Source of the DNA: an uncultured Muribaculaceae bacterium
GTDB lineage: Bacteria > Pseudomonadota > Alphaproteobacteria > Rs-D84
Length of the DNA: 32,000 bases
Assembly: GCA_965231035.1 (NCBI GenBank)
Contig: OZ246409.1
Span: 463,041-495,040 of the forward strand
Direction of reading: 5' to 3'
The notes beneath the pieces were generated by a model, which was not told the DNA's origin, made no database searches, and worked only from the letters and a program-made list of their open reading frames with translations. This document shows, piece after piece, positions 7,130 through 16,676 of this stretch. Every line of letters begins with the position of its first letter. Position 1 is the stretch's first letter. Both the position numbers and the translations under genes were made by a program.

Positions 7130-9612
7130 TCATCAACCCTTGCCAGGTCGTCATATGCTTTGTATTTAGCATCCGAAGTTTCGTAATATTCATACAGTTC
7201 AAAATCGTTCGAATATCTGCCAAACAGTTCTGATACCTTTTGAACAGATGCTTCTATCATTTTTTGTGCTTGTTCACCAAAATATTCTATTGTTTCTACT
7301 TTTCTATTCTTCAACTGCAAGAATTGCAGAACCGGCGTTTTACTTTTGTATGATGATTTAATTGGAAAACCACCCTGCTGCATCATAAATGCCTCTAATG
7401 GTAATTGTGGCATCATACCTTCTTCTAATTGCTTCTTGGATGGTGCCGCGCCAGTCTTAATATCTAATACACAACCATCCCAAATTCTGTCTGCACGCGC
7501 ATGAACACGTCTTCCGACAATATTTACACTGCCCTTTATTTCGACAGACGCATCTTTGCTTTCGTTCAGCATTTTATAAACAATCGGTGCAATATCTAAA
7601 AACCGTTTGTGCCAGAAATGAAACAACACGCTGCCATCTGGTAAAATTTCTTTTGCACACAAATCCATTTCTGAAATTATTTTTTCAACCGGCCAACCTT
7701 GGGCTTGTTCTATCACATTATGTACCAGATTACCAAAATCACGTGCATCGGGTTCTTTCCAATAATCATCCCTTGGACGCAGCCCCAAAATATGCTTGGC
7801 ATAAAAAGTGTATGGATTATGAATCAACAATTCCAATTCGGTAACATAAACATCTGTTCGGTCTGCTGGTGGACGTGGGGCCGAATAATCCAGCGGTTGA
7901 TACGGAACATTATCCTTTGTACGAACAGATTGTAAAATATCATCCGACCTGTCTATGTCGTTTTGTGCAACAGATACGCGGGATAAAAATCTGGATTCTG
8001 TTGTTTGTGAATTGCCTGCAGTTTTACTGCGTAACCAATAAGTTTCAGCACCACAAGAAAGATTCATAAAATCCAAAGACATCAATGAAACTTTTCTGTC
8101 AGGTGATGGTAAACCGATCTTTTCTGCCAAATGCCGTGGCAACCAAGAATTTTCGTAACCGGTTGCTGGGAACATACCTTCATTCAGTCCGGTTAAAATT
8201 ACAACATCCGCTGTCTGCATACGTGATTCAATTGTTCCCAAAACAGACACCTGGGCACCATCATTCATTGGTGGTCGAATTGATATGCTTGATAAAGTAT
8301 CTGATATAATCTGTCTAGCATCGGACATTCCCAAGATAATTCCATTTTTATTTAATATTTCAGATGTTTTTTGTAACGCCTCTAAAATTGATAAAGATTC
8401 TTCTGAATCAATCTCAAAAAATGGTGACATTTTATCTGATAAATTTTCTATTATACTTACCAATGTTTCAAATAAATTAAATTTATTGTTTTTATATTCT
8501 ATATCAAAAGTTCCATCGTGATTTTCCATCCAGTCATCAAACATATTTAAAACAGCACGACCAAATAAACTGGTGGTGCCAGACTTGCCACCTGAAAAAT
8601 CAGCAATAATATTTTGCTTTGCCAAAGCCTGCTCTATACGCTGATTTCCTGCGGCATCCGGAGTTATAACCAAAACAGATTTATTTTCAGAAATCGCACG
8701 CTTTGCGATTTCGGCAACAACATTTGCTTCTTCGCTCTCACGCGAACATTCTATTAATTTCGCATTACATCTTTTTTCGGTTCTGATGCATGTATTACCA
8801 AAAGCAGAATTAAATAAATCTATATTTGAATCACTGGTATCAATCACAGAAACATCTGATGGTTTTACGTTTATTTTTTGCAAAAATTTATATTCTGAAT
8901 TATAAGGGTTTGTGTTTAATAAAAAATCTTGTTCACGACCATAAATCTTACCAGGCAAGATTATATATCCATTTTCCAGACCCGCAATATAAGCCATTAA
9001 ATCCGCAGTCGAAGGCACACTGGCCGTTGATCCACAAACAATAACCTTTCTTTTATTTGCCAATAATTTTTTCCACGCCAAAATATCAGCATTTCTTTTT
9101 TGTGTTTGTGTAATCTGGTTATTTGTTATCTGGGGCAGAATCTTTGTAACTATTTCCAGAAACTTGGCCTTTTGCTGAAAATGTTCAGCATATTTTTCAT
9201 CAACTAAATTTATCCAATCTATTTGACTGCTGTTTATGCCTTCGTTTTCCAGGTAATCCTGCATACGAACCAAGTCATGTGCAATTGGTGTCGCGGCTGA
9301 TATAGTTCTGATATTTGGATCTGCTGCCAACAGCTTTGCCAGTATTAAAACACGTTCTTGGTTTGAGATAACCTGTGGTTCTATTTCTTCGTCTTCATCA
9401 GCACCCTCGCCCAATGGAACCAAGGTTGGCAACAAAGCAGCCCCACCCATTTTATCAACAATCATTTTTTCGACTGAACGAACAGCACGTCTGGATGGCA
9501 AAAATATTATTAAATCAGATAAATTAGAAATATCTTGTCCAATGACAGACCACAAGGCATCTAAAAGTCTTGTAGGGTTGCTGGCACAAAAGATATTTTT
9601 ATTTGATGCCAA
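7126..9612 (-). CDS. addB: AddB-like double-strand break repair protein (PD-(D/E)XK nuclease C-terminus)
   Basis: 828-aa protein. The C-terminal ARADRIWDGCVLDIKTG resembles the RecB-family nuclease motif (D...hhDYKTG) seen in alphaproteobacterial AddB. The overall layout is helicase-like without a Walker A motif. Confidence 0.65.
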   Translation of the reverse strand: MASNKNIFCASNPTRLLDALWSVIGQDISNLSDLIIFLPSRRAVRSVEKMIVDKMGGAALLPTLVPLGEGADEDEEIEPQVISNQERVLILAKLLAADPNIRTISAATPIAHDLVRMQDYLENEGINSSQIDWINLVDEKYAEHFQQKAKFLEIVTKILPQITNNQITQTQKRNADILAWKKLLANKRKVIVCGSTASVPSTADLMAYIAGLENGYIILPGKIYGREQDFLLNTNPYNSEYKFLQKINVKPSDVSVIDTSDSNIDLFNSAFGNTCIRTEKRCNAKLIECSRESEEANVVAEIAKRAISENKSVLVITPDAAGNQRIEQALAKQNIIADFSGGKSGTTSLFGRAVLNMFDDWMENHDGTFDIEYKNNKFNLFETLVSIIENLSDKMSPFFEIDSEESLSILEALQKTSEILNKNGIILGMSDARQIISDTLSSISIRPPMNDGAQVSVLGTIESRMQTADVVILTGLNEGMFPATGYENSWLPRHLAEKIGLPSPDRKVSLMSLDFMNLSCGAETYWLRSKTAGNSQTTESRFLSRVSVAQNDIDRSDDILQSVRTKDNVPYQPLDYSAPRPPADRTDVYVTELELLIHNPYTFYAKHILGLRPRDDYWKEPDARDFGNLVHNVIEQAQGWPVEKIISEMDLCAKEILPDGSVLFHFWHKRFLDIAPIVYKMLNESKDASVEIKGSVNIVGRRVHARADRIWDGCVLDIKTGAAPSKKQLEEGMMPQLPLEAFMMQQGGFPIKSSYKSKTPVLQFLQLKNRKVETIEYFGEQAQKMIEASVQKVSELFGRYSNDFELYEYYETSDAKYKAYDDLARVDD

Positions 9613-10153
9613 TTATTTCCCTTAATTTTTCAATTCCGATTTTCTTTTCGGCAGATGTTTCCAGGATTTCTTCTATCATCGCAGGGTGATTTTTATGGTG
9701 AACTTCTAATTTTTCTTTTTCACGTGATTTTTTATCTTTCTTGGTAAAAACAACCTGGTATGAAATTCCATTGGCGTCGCAAAAATCCATCAGGTTTAAA
9801 TCAGAATCTTTGATGCCGACACGCGAATCAACCAGTAAAAACAATCTGGTTAATTGACGACGCGTCATAAGATATTCTTCCAATCGTAAAAGCCAACGTT
9901 CCATATCTGACTTGGATGTTGTGGCATAGCCGTACCCAGGTAAATCCACAATCATAATCCGATCGTCAAAGTTAAATAAGTTTAATGATTGTGTACGACC
10001 AGGTGTTTTTGATGTACGGGCGATTACATGCCCTGCAACCGCATTTATCAAAGAAGACTTACCTACATTGCTGCGGCCTATGAATGCATACTCTTTGAAT
10101 TGGGTACTGGGCAAAGACGCAACTGTTTCAAAACTTCCAACAAATTTTATCAT
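9599..10153 (-). CDS. engB: Ribosome biogenesis GTP-binding protein EngB/YihA
   Basis: G1 motif GRSNVGKSSLINA, DLPGYGYA, and TKKDK (NKxD-like). Length is 184 aa. Confidence 0.88.
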   Translation of the reverse strand: MIKFVGSFETVASLPSTQFKEYAFIGRSNVGKSSLINAVAGHVIARTSKTPGRTQSLNLFNFDDRIMIVDLPGYGYATTSKSDMERWLLRLEEYLMTRRQLTRLFLLVDSRVGIKDSDLNLMDFCDANGISYQVVFTKKDKKSREKEKLEVHHKNHPAMIEEILETSAEKKIGIEKLREIIGIK

Positions 10154-10938
10154 TTCTTCTCCAATAATTTTTTGTATGCTTCTTTTTTGGAAATCCCGGC
10201 ACGTGCGGCAATATCCGCCGCAGAAGATTTGGTAGAGCCCGCAACAACATCTTTCACAATTTCTGAAATCTCGGTATCTGTCATTTTTCTTTCTGGAGCC
10301 GGTTCAATAACGATAACAATTTCACCCCTGGGTGAATTTATATCTAATAAATCAGATGGATAACCAATAATAGTTTCTTCGTGTATTTTTGTAATTTCGC
10401 GAACTATGGCTATTATGCGTTCTGGCATAACACGTGACAAGACACCAATCGTATCCATTATTCTATTCGGGCTTTCGTAATAAATTATTGTATGTCTGAT
10501 TTTGTTATCTTCACGCACCTTCTTTTCATCAAAGAATCCACAGAATGTAAATCTGTCTGTTGGAAATCCAGACAAGACCAATGCAGATGTCACAGCGGTC
10601 GGCCCAGGTATTACAAAGATTGGCAAATTACTTTCACGTGCAGCACGCACCAAACGAAAACCAGGGTCACTGATACCAGGCATACCTGCATCAGATACCA
10701 GCGCAACAGTAAATCCATTTGAAATCTTTCCAATCAAATCATCAACTGTTTCCATTTCATTATGTTCATGAAAAGATACTTTCTTGGTTTTGATATCAAA
10801 GTGTGATGCCAGCTTTCCAAAAACACGAGTGTCTTCACACGCAACAATATCTGCATTTTTAAGTGTTTCTATGGCACGTGTTGACATATCAGATAAATTT
10901 CCGATTGGTGTTCCAACAATATATAACCCAGATTGCAT
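10150..10938 (-). CDS. rsmI: 16S rRNA (cytidine1402-2'-O)-methyltransferase RsmI
   Basis: LYIVGTPIGNLSDMSTRAIETLKNADIVACEDTR N-terminus is typical of RsmI (tetrapyrrole methylase fold). Its stop overlaps the downstream engB start (ATGA overlap). Confidence 0.88.
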   Translation of the reverse strand: MQSGLYIVGTPIGNLSDMSTRAIETLKNADIVACEDTRVFGKLASHFDIKTKKVSFHEHNEMETVDDLIGKISNGFTVALVSDAGMPGISDPGFRLVRAARESNLPIFVIPGPTAVTSALVLSGFPTDRFTFCGFFDEKKVREDNKIRHTIIYYESPNRIMDTIGVLSRVMPERIIAIVREITKIHEETIIGYPSDLLDINSPRGEIVIVIEPAPERKMTDTEISEIVKDVVAGSTKSSAADIAARAGISKKEAYKKLLEKK

Positions 10939-10984
10939 TTGAAATCCTTTTGATTTATAATAGACATTATTTTGGAGATTTTCA

Positions 10985-12619
10985 ATGTTTATAAAAAGAT
11001 TTTTAGGGTTTTCTGCACTGACTTTGACACTGTTTGGTTGTGCCCAACAGGCTGGTTGGCATTCTGAATACGGAAATTTGCCCGCACAAAAACCGTCTGA
11101 AATTCAATCAGGGTTAAGCTATGCTAACTATGGTTCTTATGATCAAACTGATAATTTTGCACCTGTTCTTCAAACTCAGGAAAAAAAGAACATTTCTGTT
11201 CTGCTTCCTTTGTCTGGATCAAATGCAGAATTGGGTAAAAGCATAACTCATTCAATTGAAATGGCATTTCTGCAACACCCAGATAAAAACATTTCTGTAA
11301 AATTCTTTGATGTGTCTGGGAATTACAATCAAAAACAGGCTGTTATTTCAAATGCACTTTCTTCAAACCCAGATATAATTATTGGCCCAGTATTTGCCGA
11401 AGATGCAAAAATGGTTCGCGATATGAAACCAGAAAGTTTGCCTGTTTTGTCATTTACATCTGATGTAAAAGCATTTGGAAAAGGTGTTATGACAATGGCA
11501 TTGATACCTGGACAAAGTGTTGAAGCTATTGTAAAAGAAATGAATAAGGATAATATTCAAAGAACAGTTATTTTTGCACCAAAAACCGATTCTGGTGAAT
11601 TTATGGCGGGTTCTGCTGTATTGGCTGCAAATATTTATGATATGCCAATTTCTGGACTTTTTTACTATGAACCAGGAAATTCTGAATCAATAAAACAGGC
11701 TGCAAAAACAGCCGCAATGTTTGATGCACGCTCTGCTGCAAATACTCGTGCACGCGAAATATTATCAGATATTTTGATCCAGGAAAAATTAAGCCAATCT
11801 CAGAAAACATCTATTAATGATCAGTTAGAAAAAATATCAAAATCAGATACTGTTGGCAACGCGCCGTATGATGCCGTATTATTCCTGGGTAATGCTGATG
11901 ATTCCAAAACAATTGCCTCGTTCCTGCGTTATTTTGATGTTTCGCCCCGGGATGCACATTTTTACGGAACAGCATTATGGGATACACCAGATTTGATTAA
12001 TGACTTTAATATGACTGGGGCAAAGTTTGCAGGATTGCCAGCAATGTCCGAAGATTTTGCAAGATTGTATGAACAGCTGGCTGGAAACCGTCCGACACGA
12101 TTGGATACTTTTGGATTTGATGCTGCGAATTTGGCACGTGGAATGCTGTATTCTGATAAATCTGTTGCGGCATATCTTCTGGACCCCAGTGGATATAATG
12201 GCTTGGATGGATTATTCAGATTGCGTCCCAGTGGCGAAAGCGAACGTGCATTGCAAATTGTAAAATTAACAGGTGGCGGTGCGGTAAGTGTTGAAAGATC
12301 CCCGGCAAATGATTTCTTGGTACCTTTGTATAGTATCCAAGCCAAGCAGATTTCACCTGCAAATGACATCGACCTGGTTGGCAAAGGTGTTAATCCAATG
12401 GATTATATAACTATACCAGACAGCTTAAAATCCAAGTATCGTTCAAAAACATTTGGAACAAATACCAAGATTGATACACCAGTAAGCGAAACCCAGTCAG
12501 CTGAAACTGTATTACCAGAAGATGACAGTGATGAAATTATCCAATCACCAGACTTTCAACCAGTGGCACTGGATACAGTGGACAAGAAGCTAATCGACAG
12601 CGTCCAAGTTAAGGAATAA
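10985..12619 (+). CDS. LpoA-like penicillin-binding protein activator / periplasmic-binding-protein-fold lipoprotein
   Basis: Lipobox LTLFGC. The ISVLLPLSGSNAELGKSI..SIEMA motif matches the LpoA C-domain / type I PBP fold. It is divergent from rsmI, as lpoA(yraM)/rsmI(yraL) are in E. coli. A GGAGA SD is present. Confidence 0.6.
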   Translation: MFIKRFLGFSALTLTLFGCAQQAGWHSEYGNLPAQKPSEIQSGLSYANYGSYDQTDNFAPVLQTQEKKNISVLLPLSGSNAELGKSITHSIEMAFLQHPDKNISVKFFDVSGNYNQKQAVISNALSSNPDIIIGPVFAEDAKMVRDMKPESLPVLSFTSDVKAFGKGVMTMALIPGQSVEAIVKEMNKDNIQRTVIFAPKTDSGEFMAGSAVLAANIYDMPISGLFYYEPGNSESIKQAAKTAAMFDARSAANTRAREILSDILIQEKLSQSQKTSINDQLEKISKSDTVGNAPYDAVLFLGNADDSKTIASFLRYFDVSPRDAHFYGTALWDTPDLINDFNMTGAKFAGLPAMSEDFARLYEQLAGNRPTRLDTFGFDAANLARGMLYSDKSVAAYLLDPSGYNGLDGLFRLRPSGESERALQIVKLTGGGAVSVERSPANDFLVPLYSIQAKQISPANDIDLVGKGVNPMDYITIPDSLKSKYRSKTFGTNTKIDTPVSETQSAETVLPEDDSDEIIQSPDFQPVALDTVDKKLIDSVQVKE

Positions 12620-12642
12620 AAAACCGCCATTCGGCGGTTTTT
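12618..12642. terminator. Bidirectional rho-independent terminator (lpoA-like gene on +, tRNA-Tyr on -)
   Basis: aaaaaaCCGCC-attc-GGCGGtttttt hairpin with A/T runs on both sides. Confidence 0.75.
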
Positions 12643-12646
12643 ATTT

Positions 12647-12733
12647 TGGTGGGAGTGGCTGGATTCGAACCAGCTCAGGCATAAGCCAACAGATTTACAG
12701 TCTGCCCCGGCTCTCCAACTCCGGCGCACGCCC
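12647..12733 (-). tRNA. tRNA-Tyr (anticodon GTA), class II with long variable arm
   Basis: Hand-folded cloverleaf. Anticodon arm is GCAGA-CTGTAAA-TCTGT, variable arm GGC-TTAT-GCC, T arm GCTGG-TTCGAAT-CCAGC, with an encoded CCA. Oddities are a C4:U69 mismatch and C at position 8. Confidence 0.8.
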
Positions 12734-12874
12734 AATCTTTTTTTGTAGAAAATTTGTCAGAGTGGAGCAGATATTGCGTATTGCGAAGTTTTTGTGATAG
12801 GAAGTGTATTTGACATACATGACCCGGAACAAAAACAAGCAAACGCAAAATAGATGCGCCGCTATAACAAATTT

Positions 12875-12949
12875 TGGTGCGAGTAGCGGGACTCGAACCC
12901 GCATTTCCAGCTTGGAAGGCTGGCATTCTAGCCTTTGAACTATACTCGC
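12875..12949 (-). tRNA. tRNA-Gly (anticodon TCC)
   Basis: Hand-folded. Acceptor is GCGAGTA/TACTCGC, anticodon arm CCAGC-CTTCCAA-GCTGG, T arm GCGGG-TTCGAGT-CCCGC, with an encoded CCA. Confidence 0.85.
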
Positions 12950-12968
12950 AACTCTCAAAAGCTTTGCA

Positions 12969-12996
12969 ATTATAACTGGATTTTGAAAAATTGCAA
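12969..12996 (-). promoter_or_regulatory. Putative sigma70 promoter for the tRNA-Gly / tRNA-Tyr unit
   Basis: Minus strand reads TTGCAA (12996..12991), 16 nt spacer, TATAAT (12974..12969), 19 nt upstream of the tRNA-Gly 5' end. Confidence 0.55.
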
Positions 12997-13000
12997 GTTT

Positions 13001-13714
13001 TTATCCGACAATACCGTTCTTGATTGTAATCGTTCTGTCAGCCATGGCTGCCAATGACAAATCATGGGTTACAAACAACATTGCCATCTTGTTTTTACGA
13101 ACCAAATCAAACAATAAATCAAATACAGCGCCTGCATGCTTTGGGTCCAAGGAACCTGTTGGTTCGTCAGCCAACAAAATATCAGGATCATTTGCCAAGG
13201 CACGTGCAACAGCTGTTCTTTGCTGTTCACCACCAGACATCTGACCTGGTAAATGGCTGGCACGATGCAAAACATTTGCAGATTTTAACAATTTTTTGGC
13301 TCTTTCAATTGCAATTGTTTCTTCCATACCATTTGCCAACATCGGCATCATAACATTTTCCAAAGCAGTAAAATCTGATAATAAATTATGACGCTGATAC
13401 ACAAATCCGATTTTATTTCTGCGTATCTGAGTGCGTTTTTCCTCATTCATTTTTTGGGCTGTGATACCCGAAATCAAAATACTGCCAGCATTTGGTTTAT
13501 CAAGCAATCCAACGCATTGCAACAAAGTAGATTTACCACAACCCGAAGGTCCGACCAGCGCAATAATTTCACCGCGACGCAAATCAAATCCACCACCAGT
13601 TAAAATATTTAATGGTTGTCCACCTTCCATAAATGTCTTTTTAATATCACGGACACTTAATACAACATCACCCTTGCCCGCAACCTTGGATAAAGATTTT
13701 AATATATTTGCCAT
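13001..13714 (-). CDS. lolD: Lipoprotein-releasing system ATP-binding protein LolD
   Basis: Walker A GPSGCGKST, signature MSGGEQQR, Walker B LLADEPTG. It lies 2 nt downstream of the LolC/E-type permease gene. Confidence 0.85.
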   Translation of the reverse strand: MANILKSLSKVAGKGDVVLSVRDIKKTFMEGGQPLNILTGGGFDLRRGEIIALVGPSGCGKSTLLQCVGLLDKPNAGSILISGITAQKMNEEKRTQIRRNKIGFVYQRHNLLSDFTALENVMMPMLANGMEETIAIERAKKLLKSANVLHRASHLPGQMSGGEQQRTAVARALANDPDILLADEPTGSLDPKHAGAVFDLLFDLVRKNKMAMLFVTHDLSLAAMADRTITIKNGIVG

Positions 13715-13716
13715 TT

Positions 13717-14970
13717 TTATTCATTCCTTAAAACTTCTACTGGGTCTGTGTTTGCAGCTTTCCATGCAGGATATAATGTTGCCAAGAACGCCAATGCAAT
13801 TGCAATCAATGCAATACCTATAACTGATGTAAATTCCAATTTTGATGGCAATTCTGACAAATAATATAAATCTGCTGGAAATAAATCACGTCCTGTGGCC
13901 CATTGAAAAAAATGTCTGATTGGTTCAATATAAATAGAAACAATAATGCCCAGACCAGTCCCCAGTATTGCACCAAGCGCACCAATACTGGTGCCAGCCA
14001 AGATAAATATTTTCATCATAGAATGACGTGACACGCCAAATGTGCGCAACACGGCAATATCTTTGGACTTATCTTTGACCAACATAACCAAAGATGACAC
14101 GATGTTAAACGCTGCAACAATTACAATTAACATCAAAATTAAAAACATAACATTTGATTCTACTTGTAATGCACCTACAAAACCTTTGTTTAAATCTTTC
14201 CAATCACGAACAACAAATCCACGTGGCAGCAGGTTTGTAAGTGCTTCACGAACTGCTGTTGTCTTTTCTGGATTCCGCAGGAACAAATCGATATGAGTGA
14301 CAGAATCACCAATATTCAAATACTTTTGTGCAGTTTCCAGCGGCATAAAAATATATCCAGAATCATATTCATACATTCCCATAAAGAATGAAGATTTTAC
14401 AGGATAAGACATAACACGCGGCATTGTACCAAATGCAGTCGATGTTCCACCATTTGCAGAAATCAAAGAAACATTGTCACCCATTGTTACACGCAAGGAA
14501 CGTCCCAATGATGAACCTATAATTAAATCTCCATCTTTTATATCATCCAGGTTTTTTCCATAAATACGTGTACCTGTGGAGGTCTTGGATTTTAAATCAG
14601 CCATTCTGATTCCGCGAATCATCGCACCAGAATTATATCCGTTTGCGGACGCCATAACTTGACCTTCGGCAATTGGGACAACACTGACAGCATTTAAAGA
14701 AACAATTTTGTTCTGATGCATTTTATTTATCAGAAAATCATAGTCTTTGATTGCGCCATCTTGGTGATAAACAACAACATGACCATTCATTCCAATTATG
14801 CGTGATAACAATGAATCATGGAATCCAGCCATCACAGACATAACAACAATAAGTGTCGCGACCCCCAGCATTATACCAATCAGGGATACCCATGAAATCA
14901 CACTGCCAAAGCCTTTACCTTTGGATCGCATATAACGAAATGCGACTTTTTTTTCCAATTTTGAAAACAT
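13717..14970 (-). CDS. Lipoprotein-releasing system permease, LolC/LolE (LolF-like, single copy here)
   Basis: 417 aa, FtsX/MacB-type topology. N-terminal AFRYMRSK motif, a large periplasmic loop, and a C-terminal FtsX-like TM bundle. It is paired with lolD. Confidence 0.8.
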   Translation of the reverse strand: MFSKLEKKVAFRYMRSKGKGFGSVISWVSLIGIMLGVATLIVVMSVMAGFHDSLLSRIIGMNGHVVVYHQDGAIKDYDFLINKMHQNKIVSLNAVSVVPIAEGQVMASANGYNSGAMIRGIRMADLKSKTSTGTRIYGKNLDDIKDGDLIIGSSLGRSLRVTMGDNVSLISANGGTSTAFGTMPRVMSYPVKSSFFMGMYEYDSGYIFMPLETAQKYLNIGDSVTHIDLFLRNPEKTTAVREALTNLLPRGFVVRDWKDLNKGFVGALQVESNVMFLILMLIVIVAAFNIVSSLVMLVKDKSKDIAVLRTFGVSRHSMMKIFILAGTSIGALGAILGTGLGIIVSIYIEPIRHFFQWATGRDLFPADLYYLSELPSKLEFTSVIGIALIAIALAFLATLYPAWKAANTDPVEVLRNE

Positions 14971-14982
14971 TAATACCTTCTT

Positions 14983-16317
14983 TTATTCGCTTAAATAATT
15001 TCTTAACGCATCGCCAGACAATGGTGCAGCAGGTTCGTCAGAATTTGTTGTACTTGCTATAGATATAACGCGTGGGCTCATAAACACAACTAATTCTGCA
15101 AATGGTGATATCAATGTTTCAGGTGTTGTAACAAATGAATGTGTTGGAATACCAATAATCACATAATTGTCACCCAATGTGCTGGGAATTTTGAAAGATG
15201 ATAATTCACCGACACTAGTACGCAAAACAATTTTTGCATCAATCTTTTTTGCACCAGCATAATTTCCATATTTTCCGGATGCTCCAATCGTTAAATCTGT
15301 TTCCAGCCTATCTTCTTTACCACACTGTCCAATATCAAATCTGGACTGCCATCCGTTTGGAATCACAAAAGTTCCCTGGGATATTAAAACCACATTACCC
15401 TGTTGTGACAAGAAGGCCTGTAATGTTTTTGTGTTAATTTCTGGGCTGACCACCAATGTTCTTCCGACTACACCTGGGATTGACATTTTTACATTCTTAT
15501 CCCCAAAGGCCGGTAATATATTCATCCAAACAATTGGATTGTCTGTGCGTGGGTATACACGGTATACGTCAATATCCCATGCAATCATATATTTTTTTGA
15601 CCCTACATCAGACACTATTTTTGAAACCTCGCGTTCTGTTTGATAATTTCCTTCAAATGAAACTGTTTTGTCTTCCCAATCAACTAACAGGTTTCGCATA
15701 TCTGTACCATGCATAGCATCCAACAAAGCCATAATTATATTTTCATCTTTTGGCATTTTCATCAGCCATTTTGCATGACTGGATAAATGAATTTCGTGCG
15801 CATCATCGTCATAGGAATAATAAGCCTTACCCATTTTCGTAATCAACTCTAAAGAATCAGCCAATGATCCGGCCTGAATTGATCCTGTTATTTGTTGTGG
15901 TAAACTTTCATCTGCAATGACTGCAATATCTGTACCATCCAACAGTTTATCCAAGGTTTGTTTTATAGTCAGTTTTTTGAATTCATAATTTGATACATTA
16001 AATGCAGGCAAATCGTCACCTGTATCTAGGCGAACTATTTCAATTTTTTCTTCGGGCACAACAGATAAAACGTTCTGGTTATTCCAATCAACTTCACAGC
16101 GCTTTGGTAATTCAATAGAAAAACGACGTGCAGTATCAGTTGTCAGAGCCGCCTTTTTTGGGAAAATAGGAACCGAGTTTTCATCAATTACCATATTTTC
16201 AGTTACGTTAACTGTTTGGTATTGTTGCTGATTTTGCTTTTGGATACACCCAGTTAAGCCAATCAAAACAAAGAATGCTAAAAACAAATTTGAAATTTTT
16301 AAATTATTTTTTTTCAT
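14983..16317 (-). CDS. Secretin-like outer-membrane lipoprotein (liposecretin candidate)
   Basis: Lipobox LIGLTGC. An STN/secretin-N-like segment is present (LTIKQTLDKLLDGTDIAVIADESLPQQITGSIQAGSLADSLELITKMGKAYYSYDDDAHEIHL). An N1-like segment ends in IAWDIDVYRV. The C-terminus (GDNYVIIGIP...AELVVFMSPRVI) resembles the secretin tail (dG.t.viGGl...eLlvfvtPrvi). Assignment is by eye only. Confidence 0.45.
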   Translation of the reverse strand: MKKNNLKISNLFLAFFVLIGLTGCIQKQNQQQYQTVNVTENMVIDENSVPIFPKKAALTTDTARRFSIELPKRCEVDWNNQNVLSVVPEEKIEIVRLDTGDDLPAFNVSNYEFKKLTIKQTLDKLLDGTDIAVIADESLPQQITGSIQAGSLADSLELITKMGKAYYSYDDDAHEIHLSSHAKWLMKMPKDENIIMALLDAMHGTDMRNLLVDWEDKTVSFEGNYQTEREVSKIVSDVGSKKYMIAWDIDVYRVYPRTDNPIVWMNILPAFGDKNVKMSIPGVVGRTLVVSPEINTKTLQAFLSQQGNVVLISQGTFVIPNGWQSRFDIGQCGKEDRLETDLTIGASGKYGNYAGAKKIDAKIVLRTSVGELSSFKIPSTLGDNYVIIGIPTHSFVTTPETLISPFAELVVFMSPRVISIASTTNSDEPAAPLSGDALRNYLSE

Positions 16318-16330
16318 ATTTTTTGTATCC

Positions 16331-16651
16331 TTAGATGTTCATTATTTTTTCGAATTCTTCCAAAGTCATTTCATAAATAGGTTTTTGTGTCGGTGTTGTA
16401 AGACCTTTGACCTTTTCATATTGTTGGGCAAACTTATCTATGACTGCGGAAACTTCCGGAGTTACAGACACTTCTTTTTTTAACCTGTTTCCGTATTCTG
16501 TGATAAACTCTAAAACATCGGCCGCAAAGAATCTCCCGACATAATTTTCTATTGCAATTCCACCCTTTTGAACACATATAGCCGACATAACCGTGGTCAG
16601 CTGATTATAGAAATTTGCCATCTGTATAAAATTATCAACATTATTTGCCAT
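16331..16651 (-). CDS. Hypothetical small acidic cytoplasmic protein, first gene of the lipoprotein-lolCD unit
   Basis: The ORF track starts at 16678. However, the ATG at 16651 (MANNVDNF...) has a GAGAGGA SD 8 nt upstream, and the predicted -10 box overlaps the 16678 ATG. No family was recognised. Confidence 0.5.
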   Translation of the reverse strand: MANNVDNFIQMANFYNQLTTVMSAICVQKGGIAIENYVGRFFAADVLEFITEYGNRLKKEVSVTPEVSAVIDKFAQQYEKVKGLTTPTQKPIYEMTLEEFEKIMNI

Positions 16652-16676
16652 GTACCCTATCCTCTCTCTTTCATGC

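Noticed and set aside
12618-12642. Near-identical hairpins at 12618..12642 and 24998..25023 (aaaaaaCCGCC-loop-GGCGGttttt) considered as a REP-like repeat family
   Set aside because: There are only two copies, the stem is short and simple, and both sit exactly where intrinsic terminators are expected. They are treated as terminators, not a mobile or repeat element.
12734-12874. Unusually long (~141 nt) spacer between tRNA-Gly and tRNA-Tyr, examined for an sRNA, terminator or internal promoter
   Set aside because: I found only a 4-bp hairpin, a tandem ATTGCG(T/A) doublet and poor promoter matches (TTGTTC-18-TACACT). Nothing is convincing enough to annotate.
12675-12958. Two minus-strand ORFs (83 and 87 aa) spanning the tRNA region
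   Set aside because: They run through tRNA-Tyr and tRNA-Gly and the spacer between them. The tRNA cloverleaves explain the sequence, and the ORFs have no start context.
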